64,000 nt of DNA from a virus. The stretch is from positions 1 to 64,000 of the IMG/VR virus record IMGVR_UViG_3300049811_000692. One strand, 5' to 3'. A program made the translations under genes and the position numbers. Below the pieces are notes generated by a model. That model made no database searches. It saw nothing but the letters and a program-made list of their open reading frames with translations, and was not told where the DNA came from. Positions 1-8,855 of this stretch are shown piece by piece (the first letter of the stretch is position 1; each line of letters begins with the position of its first letter).

Positions 1-2
1 TC

Positions 3-359
3 CGCCGCCGGCTCGAGCTGACCTCGAACCCAGACCTGCTCGGCTTCGTGGTGCTGTTCAACGAGGCCGGCCAGCCGATCCGCTACGATGCGGTGCGCGG
101 CAAGGTGACCTCGGGGGGCAAGCGGCTCACCGAGCCCGACCGGCTGGTGACGGTGGGCAACGGGAGCGGCGGCACGAACATGGCCGTGCGGCAGGCGCCC
201 TCGGACGAGGGGACCTGGGGGAGCAGCGCGCCCTACATCTACTACTGGACCACGAACGGCGAGTACGTGCAGTGGTCGGGCGCCTACCTCTACTCCGACC
301 GGCCGATCCGCCTGCGCGTGGAGCCCATCGTCATCACCACGGTGACGGAGGGGCGGTGA
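3..359 (+). CDS. Conserved phage hypothetical protein, 5'-truncated by the window edge
   Basis: Frame is open from base 3 (RRRLELTSNPDLLGFVVLFN...). Contains GKVTSGGKRLT...APSDEGTWGSS..YIYYWTT.GEYVQWSG.YLYSD. Stop overlaps the next ATG (TGATG). Confidence 0.75.
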   Translation, partial: RRRLELTSNPDLLGFVVLFNEAGQPIRYDAVRGKVTSGGKRLTEPDRLVTVGNGSGGTNMAVRQAPSDEGTWGSSAPYIYYWTTNGEYVQWSGAYLYSDRPIRLRVEPIVITTVTEGR

Positions 360-649
360 TGGATCGCTACCTGCAGGAGGCCTTCGAGGCCTCCTGTCGT
401 GCCGCGTGCTGCCCGCGCGGCTGCGATGCCGACATGCTGCCCTGTGGGGCGGTCGAGAGATATGGGGAGACCGTGAAGCGGGCGATCAAGGCGTTCCTGA
501 TCACCCTGCCGCCGGTCGGGACCGTGAAGGAGGACATGAACCCGTTCCCTCCGGGGATGCGCGAGGTCCGCACCTCGCCCTACGCCATCTCCACCTACTG
601 GAGCCCGACCGTGGTGGCTCAGGCCCTCAACGGCGAGGACGTGTCGTGA
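359..649 (+). CDS. Hypothetical protein (Cys-rich N-terminus)
   Basis: ATG coupled to the upstream stop, GGAGG upstream, typical codon usage. Confidence 0.65.
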   Translation: MDRYLQEAFEASCRAACCPRGCDADMLPCGAVERYGETVKRAIKAFLITLPPVGTVKEDMNPFPPGMREVRTSPYAISTYWSPTVVAQALNGEDVS

Positions 650-924
650 AGCCGCCCGCCATCACCCCGGCCCAACGGGCGGTTCTCCAGCGCGCGGCCG
701 ACAACGGCGGGATCATCGAGATTGGCGGGCTGGACGGCGACACGGCCCGCCGGGACGTCATCTGGCGCCTCTACGAAGCGAACATGCTCTCTTACGTCGC
801 GCCGCGTCAGGGTGGCGGGCAGCCCTGGCGGCTCACGGAGGCGGGCCGCGCAGCGCTGGCGATACAACGGCCCGTCAAGACGGCGGAGAAGCGAAGCGGT
901 GATGATTCTCATCCCGTTTCCTGA
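646..924 (+). CDS. Hypothetical protein, winged-helix-like
   Basis: GTGA overlap start; ITPAQRAVL...WRLTEAGRAAL pattern typical of small wHTH proteins. Confidence 0.6.
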   Translation: MKPPAITPAQRAVLQRAADNGGIIEIGGLDGDTARRDVIWRLYEANMLSYVAPRQGGGQPWRLTEAGRAALAIQRPVKTAEKRSGDDSHPVS

Positions 925-1351
925 AGAGCCACGCGACCCGCTCTTGGCCGAGATCATCGCGGGGATGGAGCGGAAGACCATCACGGACATGACCGCCTAC
1001 AGCGCCCGCGTCCGCTTCCTCATGAGGAAGGCGGCGAAGGAGGCGATGCGGGTCGAGCCGAACGACGTGACGCTCATGACCGAGTGGGGCGTCGTCGGGC
1101 CTGGCTTCAGCACAAAGGGAGCGGGCTTGAACTGGTCCCTCGGCATCGGGCGCGACGCACCAGAGGACGAGGAACTGATGGGGTGGTGCGACCCCTATCG
1201 CCATGGTCTCGATCTGCTCCGCGCCCGGGCGACGAAGGACTACGGCCGCGCCGACGAGATCCGCGCGGCGATCATTGCCTACTACCACGCGGAGGTTCGG
1301 CTGGTTCCCGAGGGCCTCCTCATCACGACAGCAGAGAAGGGATTCTACTGA
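902..1351 (+). CDS. Hypothetical protein with C-terminal segment resembling the CysRS anticodon-binding domain
   Basis: LLRARATKDYGRADEIRAAI...VRLVPEG resembles the CysRS C-terminal R..AR..KD[WFY]..AD.IR..L....L.D.P.G pattern. Confidence 0.6.
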   Translation: MILIPFPEEPRDPLLAEIIAGMERKTITDMTAYSARVRFLMRKAAKEAMRVEPNDVTLMTEWGVVGPGFSTKGAGLNWSLGIGRDAPEDEELMGWCDPYRHGLDLLRARATKDYGRADEIRAAIIAYYHAEVRLVPEGLLITTAEKGFY

Positions 1352-1869
1352 TGAGTGAGTATCGCCCCGCCCCCGGCTCGCGCTGGCGGCACCACAGCGG
1401 AGCGTTCTACGAGGTCGTGCTGATCGCCAATCTGCCTAACAGCGAGCGCTACCCGGAGACGGTGGTCTATCGCGGGGAGAACGGCCAGACCTGGGCGCGA
1501 CCGCTCTCCGACTGGCACCGCTCGATGACGCGCATCGAGCCGCCCAAGCCGGCGCCGCGGCCCGCGCCCAAGCCGCGGAGCCGGCGCGACGATGATCCCG
1601 ACCCGGCCACGGTCGCGCGCGAGATGACGGATCGGGAGCGCGAGCTGATCCTGCAGCTGCCCGACGTGACCGGCATCGGCTTCGATGACCGCATGCTGAT
1701 GGGGTACGGCACGGGCGGCAGGAGGGTGTGGAGCCGGCTGGTGCAGTCCCCCTGGGGCTGGGCCGTCCACGACAAGCCCTGGGCGCTCACCGAGCTCGGC
1801 ATCCTCGTCCAGCACGAGGTCAGGCTGATGCGGGCGGCCGCGGCGGTGGAAGGGGCGCCCCATGGCTGA
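1351..1869 (+). CDS. DUF1653-like protein with C-terminal extension
   Basis: PGSRWRHHSGAFYEVV..AN.....ETVVYR...GQTWARPLSDW. Confidence 0.7.
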   Translation: MSEYRPAPGSRWRHHSGAFYEVVLIANLPNSERYPETVVYRGENGQTWARPLSDWHRSMTRIEPPKPAPRPAPKPRSRRDDDPDPATVAREMTDRERELILQLPDVTGIGFDDRMLMGYGTGGRRVWSRLVQSPWGWAVHDKPWALTELGILVQHEVRLMRAAAAVEGAPHG

Positions 1870-2686
1870 GACGACCATCGAGTGGACCGCGACGCGCGGC
1901 CCCGACGGGACGCTGCAGCCCGGCTACACGATGAATCCGTGGACCGGATGCCTGCGCGTGTCGCCGGGGTGTGACCACTGCTACGCTGCCACCCTCTCCA
2001 ACCGCGCCCCGGGCACCTTCGGGTCCTGGGAGCCGGGCGCGGCGCGCAAGCGCACCAGCGAGGCGTACTGGAAGAAGCCGCTGTCCTGGAACCGCAAGGC
2101 CGAGCAGCTCGGCGTGCGCCTGAAGGTCTTCTGCGCCTCCATGGCCGACGTGTTCGACAACCAGGCGCCCGAGGACTGGCGGGTGGAGCTGTGGCGGCTG
2201 ATCCGGGAGACGCCGCATCTCGACTGGCTGATGTTGACGAAGCGGCCCCAGAACATCCGCAAGATGCTCCCGCAGGAGGTGGACTTCGGGCGGGCGGCGT
2301 GGGGGAGGGGCGGGCCCTGGCCGAACGTCTGGCTCGGCACGACGGTTGAGAATCAGGAGGAGGCGGATCGGCGCATCCCGCACTTGCTGGCCGTGCCGGC
2401 GCGCGTGCGCTTCCTGAGCTGCGAGCCGCTGCTCGAGCGGGTGGTGATCCGCGAGCATTGGCTGGTACGGCACCACCCCCAGAGCGCCCGCGTGGACTAT
2501 GTGATTTGCGGCGGCGAGAGCGGCGCCGGCGCGCGGCCCATGCACCTCGACTGGGCGCGGAGCCTGCGCGACCAGTGCGCGGCCGCAGGCGTGCCGTTCT
2601 TCATGAAGCAGATGGGCGGGCCGGTGAAGGCGAGGATGCCGCCCATCCCCGAGGATCTGATGGTGCGCGAGATGCCCTGTGCGTGA
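1862..2686 (+). CDS. Phage Gp37/Gp68 family (DUF5131) radical-SAM-like protein
   Basis: TTIEWT, NPWTGCLRVSPGCDHCYA (CX6CX2C), VFCASMADVF, LTKRP, NVWLGTTVENQ, RFLSCEPLL, VICGGESG..ARPM, PFFMKQ. Confidence 0.93.
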   Translation: MAETTIEWTATRGPDGTLQPGYTMNPWTGCLRVSPGCDHCYAATLSNRAPGTFGSWEPGAARKRTSEAYWKKPLSWNRKAEQLGVRLKVFCASMADVFDNQAPEDWRVELWRLIRETPHLDWLMLTKRPQNIRKMLPQEVDFGRAAWGRGGPWPNVWLGTTVENQEEADRRIPHLLAVPARVRFLSCEPLLERVVIREHWLVRHHPQSARVDYVICGGESGAGARPMHLDWARSLRDQCAAAGVPFFMKQMGGPVKARMPPIPEDLMVREMPCA

Positions 2687-2921
2687 CCCGAGCTACCTGA
2701 CCGGCCTGCGCCTCGTTGCCGACCCCACCATGCTTGATCGGGTGCAGCACTCCCGCTCGCCGAGTCGGGCGAAGCGGCGCGCGAAGCTCGGGCACCCGCA
2801 GCACACCCGCCTCGTCCCGTCTGGCCAGGTGCGGATCGGCGCGGGGATGCTGGTGGCGCACTCGAAGACGCTCGCCGAGCTGCGAGCCGAGGTGGAGAGG
2901 AGGGTGAAGCCCCATGCCTGA
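2679..2921 (+). CDS. Hypothetical protein
   Basis: Overlapping start/stop with neighbours; HSRSPSRAKRR...HPQH. Confidence 0.6.
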   Translation: MRDPSYLTGLRLVADPTMLDRVQHSRSPSRAKRRAKLGHPQHTRLVPSGQVRIGAGMLVAHSKTLAELRAEVERRVKPHA

Positions 2922-3147
2922 CCTCCTGCGCCTGCTCGGTCTGCCGCGACGGAAGATCGTTCGCATCGTGATCACCTACCGCTTCCCCGGCGCGCAGGAG
3001 GGAGAGAGGGATGAGGCGCGCACGGCCATGGTGCGCGTCTCACGCTGGCCCTGGCTGCGGGCGCACTGGGAGGCTGTGCTGGACCGCCCGAAGTGGATGC
3101 CGACCGCGGATCGCATCACGCTGACGATCGAGGAGGTGAAGCCGTGA
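2914..3147 (+). CDS. Hypothetical protein
   Basis: Translationally coupled small ORF with RBS. Confidence 0.6.
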   Translation: MPDLLRLLGLPRRKIVRIVITYRFPGAQEGERDEARTAMVRVSRWPWLRAHWEAVLDRPKWMPTADRITLTIEEVKP

Positions 3148-3440
3148 AGCACCCCCCGCTCGAGCTCGACACCGACGACTGGCGCAGCCGGTGGCTGGTG
3201 ACCGAGGGATGGGAGCGGCTGCATCGGGTGTCGAGCATCACCTGGGACCCGGATTTCCAGGGCCAGAAGATCGTCGGCCGCGGGGTGACGGTCTGCGGGA
3301 AGCGGGGCCGTCTGCAGGTGCCGGGCATTATTTCGCGCATGGGCCTGACGCGGTGCGTGCGGTGCTGCCGCATCCTCGGCATCCCGGAGGGCGAGGGCGC
3401 CCCCTTCAACGCCTTCGAGGGCGACCACAAGAACGCCTGA
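3144..3440 (+). CDS. Hypothetical protein, possible Zn-binding (H, TVCG, CVRC)
   Basis: GGAGG RBS and GTGA overlap. Confidence 0.6.
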   Translation: MKHPPLELDTDDWRSRWLVTEGWERLHRVSSITWDPDFQGQKIVGRGVTVCGKRGRLQVPGIISRMGLTRCVRCCRILGIPEGEGAPFNAFEGDHKNA

Positions 3441-3452
3441 TCCCGACGGGCC

Positions 3453-3494
3453 TTGCGTCCCCATCGCGCCCCGAGTATCACATCAGAATGTGAG
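3453..3494 (+). promoter_or_regulatory. Sigma70-like promoter TTGCGT-N17-TATCAC overlapped by palindromic operator TCACA-N6-TGTGA
   Basis: Lies in the first real intergenic gap; the 19-mer at 3476-3494 matches 62619-62637 at 18/19 positions. Confidence 0.6.
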
Positions 3495-3504
3495 AAAGGG
3501 GCTG

Positions 3505-4116
3505 ATGATGAGCGAGCAGAACGAGAGCAAGGCGCCGTGGGACGGCTTCCCGCCCGGTCGGGAGCAGGGGGGCTGGCATTTCCTGCGGCGCCGCGGACAG
3601 AGGGAGTTCACGGTGGGACACTGGAGGCCCGGCAATAATTTCCCGTGGCTGGTCGGAAGCTCCGCGTTTCGCCCAGACGAGGCGGCCGCCGTCTTCGACT
3701 ACGAGGCGCCCTGCGCCACCCCCACGCAGGTCTGGGAGCGCGAGAACGCGGCGCGCGAGGCCGGCCGCGCCGCGGTGCGGGAGGAGATCACGGCGGTCGT
3801 CGTCGCCTACGAGCAGCTCGTCCTGGGTCAGCTGCGGGACGCCCTCGCCATCGACATCACCGAGAAGTCGGGCGCGGACGCCTTCCGCGCCGGGGTGTCC
3901 TACCGGGCGATCTGGATGCTGCTCCAGAAGCTTCGCGGTGAGGGCGGGACGCCGCCCGCTTCGCAGGAGACGCCCGAGACCGAGGCCGAGCTGCGCGAGA
4001 TGATGCGCGACCCGCGGTACTGGCGCCACCGCGAGCCCGACATGGTGAAGCGGGTCTCGGAGGGCTTTCGGCGGCTGGTGGGGCGCGATGCGTCGGAGGG
4101 GGGCGCCCATGGGTGA
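3505..4116 (+). CDS. Hypothetical protein with C-terminal MMRDPRYW motif
   Basis: AAAGGGG RBS; C-terminal TEAELREMMRDPRYWRHREPDMVKRVSEGFRRL. Confidence 0.7.
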   Translation: MMSEQNESKAPWDGFPPGREQGGWHFLRRRGQREFTVGHWRPGNNFPWLVGSSAFRPDEAAAVFDYEAPCATPTQVWERENAAREAGRAAVREEITAVVVAYEQLVLGQLRDALAIDITEKSGADAFRAGVSYRAIWMLLQKLRGEGGTPPASQETPETEAELREMMRDPRYWRHREPDMVKRVSEGFRRLVGRDASEGGAHG

Positions 4117-4450
4117 TGCCATCCCCGACTGCCGGACGTGCCGGCATGCGCGCCGCGTCAGTATCATGACCCTGCTGTACGACATCAGCTGCGAGCGGCC
4201 AGAGGTGGTGGAGGGGCGCCGCCCGATGCCGCACGAACTCGGCGAGGCGGCCGCGCGCGGGAAGCGGCCGGAGCGCGTCGCCGTGTTCTGCTCGACCGCC
4301 CGGCGCGACGACATGGACCCGCCGAAGCTGGTGGTCGCCAACGCCAGGATGGTCCCGGGCCCGGCCGTCCTGCGCCCCGACCGCTGCGGCACCAAGGGCC
4401 GCTATTGGGAGCCGCGCGAGAGCTTCTGGGCCAAGTGGAGGTTCTGGTGA
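4109..4450 (+). CDS. Cys-rich hypothetical protein
   Basis: CRTCRH...C...C..AR...CG..GRYWEPR; GGAGG RBS. Confidence 0.65.
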   Translation: MGDAIPDCRTCRHARRVSIMTLLYDISCERPEVVEGRRPMPHELGEAAARGKRPERVAVFCSTARRDDMDPPKLVVANARMVPGPAVLRPDRCGTKGRYWEPRESFWAKWRFW

Positions 4451-5052
4451 GCGAGAAGGGCCAGACCCAGAAGCCCGAAGACGCGGCCAGGACCGACGCC
4501 GAGATGCGCGCGGCCTGCGAGCAGCTGGTCCATGTCCTGGCGACCGAGCCGCCCTGCACGCGCCCCTGCTCCCCGAAGCACCGCACGGTGGCCGACTCCT
4601 GCGAGTGCGCGGAGCAGGCGGCCGCGCTGCGCGCGCTGCTCGCCCGCGTGGACGCCGCCGAGGCCCGGGCGAAGGAGCTCGATCAGATCTTCGATGCGTC
4701 TTGGGCCGCGGACATGAAGGGCGTCGAGATGTGGCGCCTCGCCAACCCGGGGCGCGACCTCGTCCTGCCCAGCCGCTTCAAGCTGGTCACCTGGCTGCTC
4801 GACCAGCTGAAGGCCGAGAAGCTCCTGGCCGAGCGGCTCAAGATCGAGGTCGATGGCGCCATCGCGCGGGCGGACCGCGCCGAGGCGCGCATGGAGCAGC
4901 GGGACGAGAAGGGGCGGGAGCTGTCCGCCTTCCTGGCGGGCGCGCGCTCCATGCGCGCCTGCATCGAGGTCGCGGCCCGGGAGGCCGCGCGCAAAGAGGA
5001 GGAGCGGATTCTCGCCCTCTCCACCGCCCCCAACCAGGGATCGAAGCCGTGA
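4447..5052 (+). CDS. Hypothetical coiled-coil protein
   Basis: GTGA overlap, helical composition. Confidence 0.6.
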   Translation: MSEKGQTQKPEDAARTDAEMRAACEQLVHVLATEPPCTRPCSPKHRTVADSCECAEQAAALRALLARVDAAEARAKELDQIFDASWAADMKGVEMWRLANPGRDLVLPSRFKLVTWLLDQLKAEKLLAERLKIEVDGAIARADRAEARMEQRDEKGRELSAFLAGARSMRACIEVAAREAARKEEERILALSTAPNQGSKP

Positions 5053-5318
5053 ACACGAATGTCCCCCCCATCATCGACAAGATCGCCACCGGCGTCGCCT
5101 GGCTGGTCACCGCGCTGGTCACGCTGACCATGATCGCGGTCGGGCTGGCCATCATCGCGGCCGTCTCCTGGCCCTTCATGTCGTGGAGCTGCGACGCGCG
5201 TTATGGCAGCGTCATCGCCGGCGCCACCACCAGCTACGGCCCCATCCAAGGCTGCCAGATCGTCCTGCCCGACGGGCGGCGCATCCCGGCCGAGGCGTTC
5301 CGCGAGCCCGTGCGGTGA
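5049..5318 (+). CDS. Small membrane protein
   Basis: Hydrophobic stretch followed by SC...YGPIQGC....DGRRIP. Confidence 0.65.
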   Translation: MNTNVPPIIDKIATGVAWLVTALVTLTMIAVGLAIIAAVSWPFMSWSCDARYGSVIAGATTSYGPIQGCQIVLPDGRRIPAEAFREPVR

Positions 5319-5839
5319 GCTACCTCGGCTTCCACCGGGCGGCCAAGCTCTCGCCCTGCGGCGTCTATCGCTACAGCCTCGAGCGGGGCTGGAGCGCGCG
5401 GCCCTGGCTGACGGTCATCATGCTCAACCCGTCCACCGCCGACGCCATGGTGGACGACCCCACCATCCGCCGCTGCGTGGGCTTCGCCCAGCGGGACGAC
5501 TTCGGTGGGATCCATGTGGTGAACCGTTACGCGCTCCGCGCCACGAATCCGGCCGCGCTGCAGATCGCGCCCGACCCGGTGGGGCCGGACAACGAGAAGG
5601 CGATCCGGCACGCGGTTGGCGCAGCGCGCGCGGGCGGCGGCCTGATCCTGTGCGCCTGGGGCACGAAAGGGTCCAGCGACGTGACGGGCCTCCTGCGGCT
5701 GTTCCGCGAGGAGCGGGCGGTCGAGCTGCTCCGCTGCCTCGGCGTCACGAAGGAGGGGCACCCGCGGCACCCGCTCTACGTGCGGGGCGACCAGCCGTTC
5801 GAGCCGTGGCCGCCGCAGGCCGAGAGGGAGGCGGCGTGA
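5315..5839 (+). CDS. DUF1643 family protein
   Basis: SPCGVYRYSLER.W, IMLNPSTAD...DDPTIRRC..FA, N.YALRATNP, CAWG, CLG.TK.GHPRHPLYV. Confidence 0.92.
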   Translation: MSYLGFHRAAKLSPCGVYRYSLERGWSARPWLTVIMLNPSTADAMVDDPTIRRCVGFAQRDDFGGIHVVNRYALRATNPAALQIAPDPVGPDNEKAIRHAVGAARAGGGLILCAWGTKGSSDVTGLLRLFREERAVELLRCLGVTKEGHPRHPLYVRGDQPFEPWPPQAEREAA

Positions 5840-6099
5840 TGGTGCTCGTGTTCAAGGACGACGCCGTTGAGGCGGGGTGGCAGACCTCTCGGGGTAGGGG
5901 ATATCGCCCCATGGTCTTCCCCGCCGGCCTGCATGGGGGCGGCGAATATCCGGTGCCGGGCGAGTGCGACTACGGCAGCCCGCGACAGGCCGTGAACGTC
6001 GCGGTCTCCTATCTCATCGCGCAGAAGCGCCGGCGCCGCGCCGCCGTGCTGCGCCTCTACGCAGCCGCCCTCAAGAAGGCCGCCAGCCATGCCGGCTGA
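5839..6099 (+). CDS. Hypothetical protein
   Basis: TGATG coupling, GGAGG RBS. Confidence 0.6.
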   Translation: MVLVFKDDAVEAGWQTSRGRGYRPMVFPAGLHGGGEYPVPGECDYGSPRQAVNVAVSYLIAQKRRRRAAVLRLYAAALKKAASHAG

Positions 6100-6551
6100 G
6101 AGCATCAGCGTCGCCACCTCCATGACCGAGGAGGAGCTCGAGAAGCTCCTGCTCGAGCTTGTGAGGCGAGCGGCAACGCTCGATGCCGACTGGCGGGCGA
6201 CGCTCGCCGAGGCCGAGCGGCGCTACCCCGAGGCCGGGCGAGCGATCGCCTTCATCTACGGCGCGCGCAGCGGCCATGAGGTCGTCCCCGTGCCGACTCC
6301 GGGCGCCATCTGGACCGACAAGCAGGTCGAGATGCTGAAGGCCAGGCAGGCCGACGAGAGCCGCCACCCCTACACCTGCCCAGGCGAGCACCCGGAGTGC
6401 GCGATGATGCGCAACCTCATCCCCACGACGCACGGGTGGATCTGCGCGTGCGGCCGCTACACCCAGGACTGGTCGCACGAGACGGGCGGGCCGCGCCATG
6501 CCGGCTGAGAGCATCAGCGTCGCCACCTCCATGACCGAGGAGGAGCTCGAG
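6086..6551 (+). repeat. Perfect 57-bp direct repeat (6086-6142 and 6495-6551) covering a stop/start gene junction
   Basis: gccatgccggctgagagcatcagcgtcgccacctccatgaccgaggaggagctcgag occurs twice. Confidence 0.95.
6089..6508 (+). CDS. Hypothetical protein with C-terminal Zn-ribbon-like motif
   Basis: HPYTC...C....L.PT..GWICACG.YTQDW.H. Confidence 0.7.
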   Translation: MPAESISVATSMTEEELEKLLLELVRRAATLDADWRATLAEAERRYPEAGRAIAFIYGARSGHEVVPVPTPGAIWTDKQVEMLKARQADESRHPYTCPGEHPECAMMRNLIPTTHGWICACGRYTQDWSHETGGPRHAG

Positions 6552-7010
6552 CGCTTCACCCGCAGCCTCAGCGTGGACCATCGGCGCGCGCTCCGCGCCT
6601 TCGTGGGCGGCATCGAGCCGATCGAGAACCCGCTCTGGGTGTCGAAGTCGGTGTGGAGGGGGTGGATGGCCCGACTGAAGGTCAAGGGCCTCCTGCATCC
6701 TGCGCCGCGAGGGCAGCGGCACCGTTGCACCCCGCTCGGCCTGCGCGTTGTGGACGTGCTGCAGCGCCCCCCGCCGCCCAAGATCCCCGACTGGTTCACC
6801 GAGGCGCATCGCGAGGCGCTGCGCCAGCCCCAGGGGCTCTACCATCACTGGGAGGTGATTAGCTCGCTCGTGGCCGAGGGGCTGCTGATCCGCACCGACG
6901 GTCGCTGTGGGGGCAGCGTTCTGAACCTCCCCTGGAACGTCCGGCACATCCGCTCGGAGAGCGGTATTGCCCTGCTGAAGCTGCTGGAAAAGGAGGCGCC
7001 CCATGCGTGA
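6498..7010 (+). CDS. Hypothetical protein, possibly tandem wHTH
   Basis: First 18 aa identical to the upstream gene; LKVKGLL...TPLG and LVAEGLL...ESG patterns. Confidence 0.65.
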   Translation: MPAESISVATSMTEEELERFTRSLSVDHRRALRAFVGGIEPIENPLWVSKSVWRGWMARLKVKGLLHPAPRGQRHRCTPLGLRVVDVLQRPPPPKIPDWFTEAHREALRQPQGLYHHWEVISSLVAEGLLIRTDGRCGGSVLNLPWNVRHIRSESGIALLKLLEKEAPHA

Positions 7011-7662
7011 CATCCCCATCCTGTTCAGCGACCGCATGGTGCGGGCGCTCCTGCGCGAGGCCGAGGCGCCCGGGACAGGGAAGACCGAGACGCGGAGGCT
7101 GGCGTGGCGCGCGCCGAAGCTCCGCGGCGGCGTCGAGTGCGAGCACGGCTACGACACCTGCCCCGACTGCGACGGCCTCAAGCCGTCCTCCTGGCGAAAG
7201 GTGAAGCCGGGGGATCGGCTCTGGGTGCGCGAGACCTTCAGCGGTCCGCACGAGTACAGCGACCTGCCGCCCCGCGCGTGGTTCACCACCACCCCCATCT
7301 GGTACTGGGCGGACGGCAATCCGGCCGGCGGCGACTGGACCAAGCCGCGCCCCGGTATCCACATGCCCCACTGGGCGAGCCGCCTCACCCTCCTGGTGAA
7401 CAGCGTGCGCGTGGAGCGCCTGCAGGAGATCACGGAGGAGGGCGCGCGGGCGGAGGGCGCGATCCTGCTGCGCTCGGGCCGGATCACCGACGTGGCCGGA
7501 GGCCAGTATGGCGGGGCCGTGTGGCAGACTGCGCGGGGATGGTTCCGCGAACGCTGGAACGACCTCCACGGCCCCGGCGCATGGGACCTCAGCCCCGAGG
7601 TCTGCGTCCTGTCATTCTCGGTCGCCAAGCGGAATTTCAACCAAAGGGACGACCATGTCTGA
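7003..7662 (+). CDS. ASCH/PUA-like phage protein
   Basis: PILFS..MVRALL...KTETRR, PGDRLWVRETF, PGIHMP.WASRLTL.V..VRVERLQEITEE.ARAEG. Confidence 0.85.
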   Translation: MRDIPILFSDRMVRALLREAEAPGTGKTETRRLAWRAPKLRGGVECEHGYDTCPDCDGLKPSSWRKVKPGDRLWVRETFSGPHEYSDLPPRAWFTTTPIWYWADGNPAGGDWTKPRPGIHMPHWASRLTLLVNSVRVERLQEITEEGARAEGAILLRSGRITDVAGGQYGGAVWQTARGWFRERWNDLHGPGAWDLSPEVCVLSFSVAKRNFNQRDDHV

Positions 7663-7903
7663 CACCCACGAGAGAAGGGCGGCCTACGCCGCCTACAAGG
7701 AGCTCGAGCCCATCCTCGACAAGGTCACCGAGATGATGGTGACCTGCCCCATCGACGACCGCGGCAAGCGAGGCCTCGCCATCTTGGTCTCGGCGCACTT
7801 CTTCGGCTGCCTGCTCGCCGCGTTCCAGCTAGAACCCACCCGCGAGAACGCGCAGGAGATCGCGGGGCTGATCGTGGCTAGCATGAAGAGCGGGGCGCAC
7901 TGA
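7655..7903 (+). CDS. Hypothetical protein
   Basis: Coupled ORF with good codon usage. Confidence 0.6.
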   Translation: MSDTHERRAAYAAYKELEPILDKVTEMMVTCPIDDRGKRGLAILVSAHFFGCLLAAFQLEPTRENAQEIAGLIVASMKSGAH

Positions 7904-8130
7904 TGGGCAAGCGACTGACCGTGCGCGACTGCCTTGATCGCGCTGAGGCGGCCAAGACGGCCGCTGCGCGCGAGCACTGGTGGGATATGGCGAGGGTGGT
8001 CTGCCGCGAGGAAATCGCCGCTCAGGCGCGAGAGAGCAACCGGCGCTACCAGGCCGAGGCGTGGCCCTGGATCGTGGCCGCCGCCGTCGGCTTCTGCCTC
8101 ATCGCGGCCCTGGCGGGATTTGCGCCCTGA
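7903..8130 (+). CDS. Small protein with C-terminal membrane anchor
   Basis: WPWIVAAAVGFCLIAALAGF. Confidence 0.6.
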   Translation: MGKRLTVRDCLDRAEAAKTAAAREHWWDMARVVCREEIAAQARESNRRYQAEAWPWIVAAAVGFCLIAALAGFAP

Positions 8131-8321
8131 TGGCGGGCTGGTGGCGGCGACGCGAAGGCCGCATCTGGCCGATGTTCCTGCCGTGGATCGGCGTCGAGAC
8201 GCTCCACCCGGAAGACGTGCTGGGGTTGGGCCTGCCGGCCCGCGGCACCTGGCGCGTGCTGTCGGTCGAGTGGTTCCGGCGCGGCCTCACCCTCGCCGCC
8301 TGGAGAGCGCCTGATGCCTGA
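8130..8321 (+). CDS. Hypothetical protein
   Basis: TGATG coupling to the upstream gene. Confidence 0.45.
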   Translation: MAGWWRRREGRIWPMFLPWIGVETLHPEDVLGLGLPARGTWRVLSVEWFRRGLTLAAWRAPDA

Positions 8322-8520
8322 TCGCTACGTCTCCTGGGTCAGCGCCACCTGGCATCCGCAGGCGCTCCCTACCAGCGTCGTCCACGAGCAGGACAAGGCG
8401 CCCGTCAACACGGGCCTGCTCGACGCCCTCGGCCGGCCGCTCTACCGGGTGCCCGAGACCGTCCCCATGGGCTTCCACGCGCCACCGCCCCCTTCACAGG
8501 CACGCCCGAAGATCACATAA
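8314..8520 (+). CDS. Hypothetical protein
   Basis: V.E...PVNTGLLDALGRPLYRV.E.VPMGF. Confidence 0.6.
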   Translation: MPDRYVSWVSATWHPQALPTSVVHEQDKAPVNTGLLDALGRPLYRVPETVPMGFHAPPPPSQARPKIT

Positions 8521-8546
8521 CCATGTGGCACATCGAGGCCCGCCCC

Positions 8547-8666
8547 ATGAAGATCACGCACCTCCTCTTGATCCTGGGCGCGATCGTCGCCCTCTCGGCC
8601 ATCGGCCTCTACATCTGGATCAGCGTCATGCTCGGCTCCCCGATCAGGCCGGGCGACCTGTTCTGA
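8547..8666 (+). CDS. 39-aa single-TM peptide (not in the ORF track)
   Basis: MKITHLLLILGAIVALSAIGLYIWISVMLGSPIRPGDLF; GAGG upstream. Confidence 0.5.
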   Translation: MKITHLLLILGAIVALSAIGLYIWISVMLGSPIRPGDLF

Positions 8667-8855
8667 CCGAGCCCGCGCCCTGGCCCCAGCTCGCCGCCAG
8701 GGTGCGCCGCGCCCTCGACCAGAGCGGCGTCGAAGTCACCCTGCCCGACCACCTGGGATGGGTCACCGTCACCCAGCCAGACGGCCAGACCCTCCACGTC
8801 TCCCCCCGAATCATGGCCGAGGCGCTCGCGCTGGCCGCGCCCGCTCCATCCACCC

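Noticed and set aside
3478-3493. Host CRP/FNR site
   Set aside because: Half-sites are in the reverse arrangement (TCACA-N6-TGTGA rather than TGTGA-N6-TCACA).
1862-7662. Gp37/68, DUF1643 and ASCH-like genes as a DNA modification or defence system
   Set aside because: They are non-adjacent common phage accessory genes with no partner enzymes visible.
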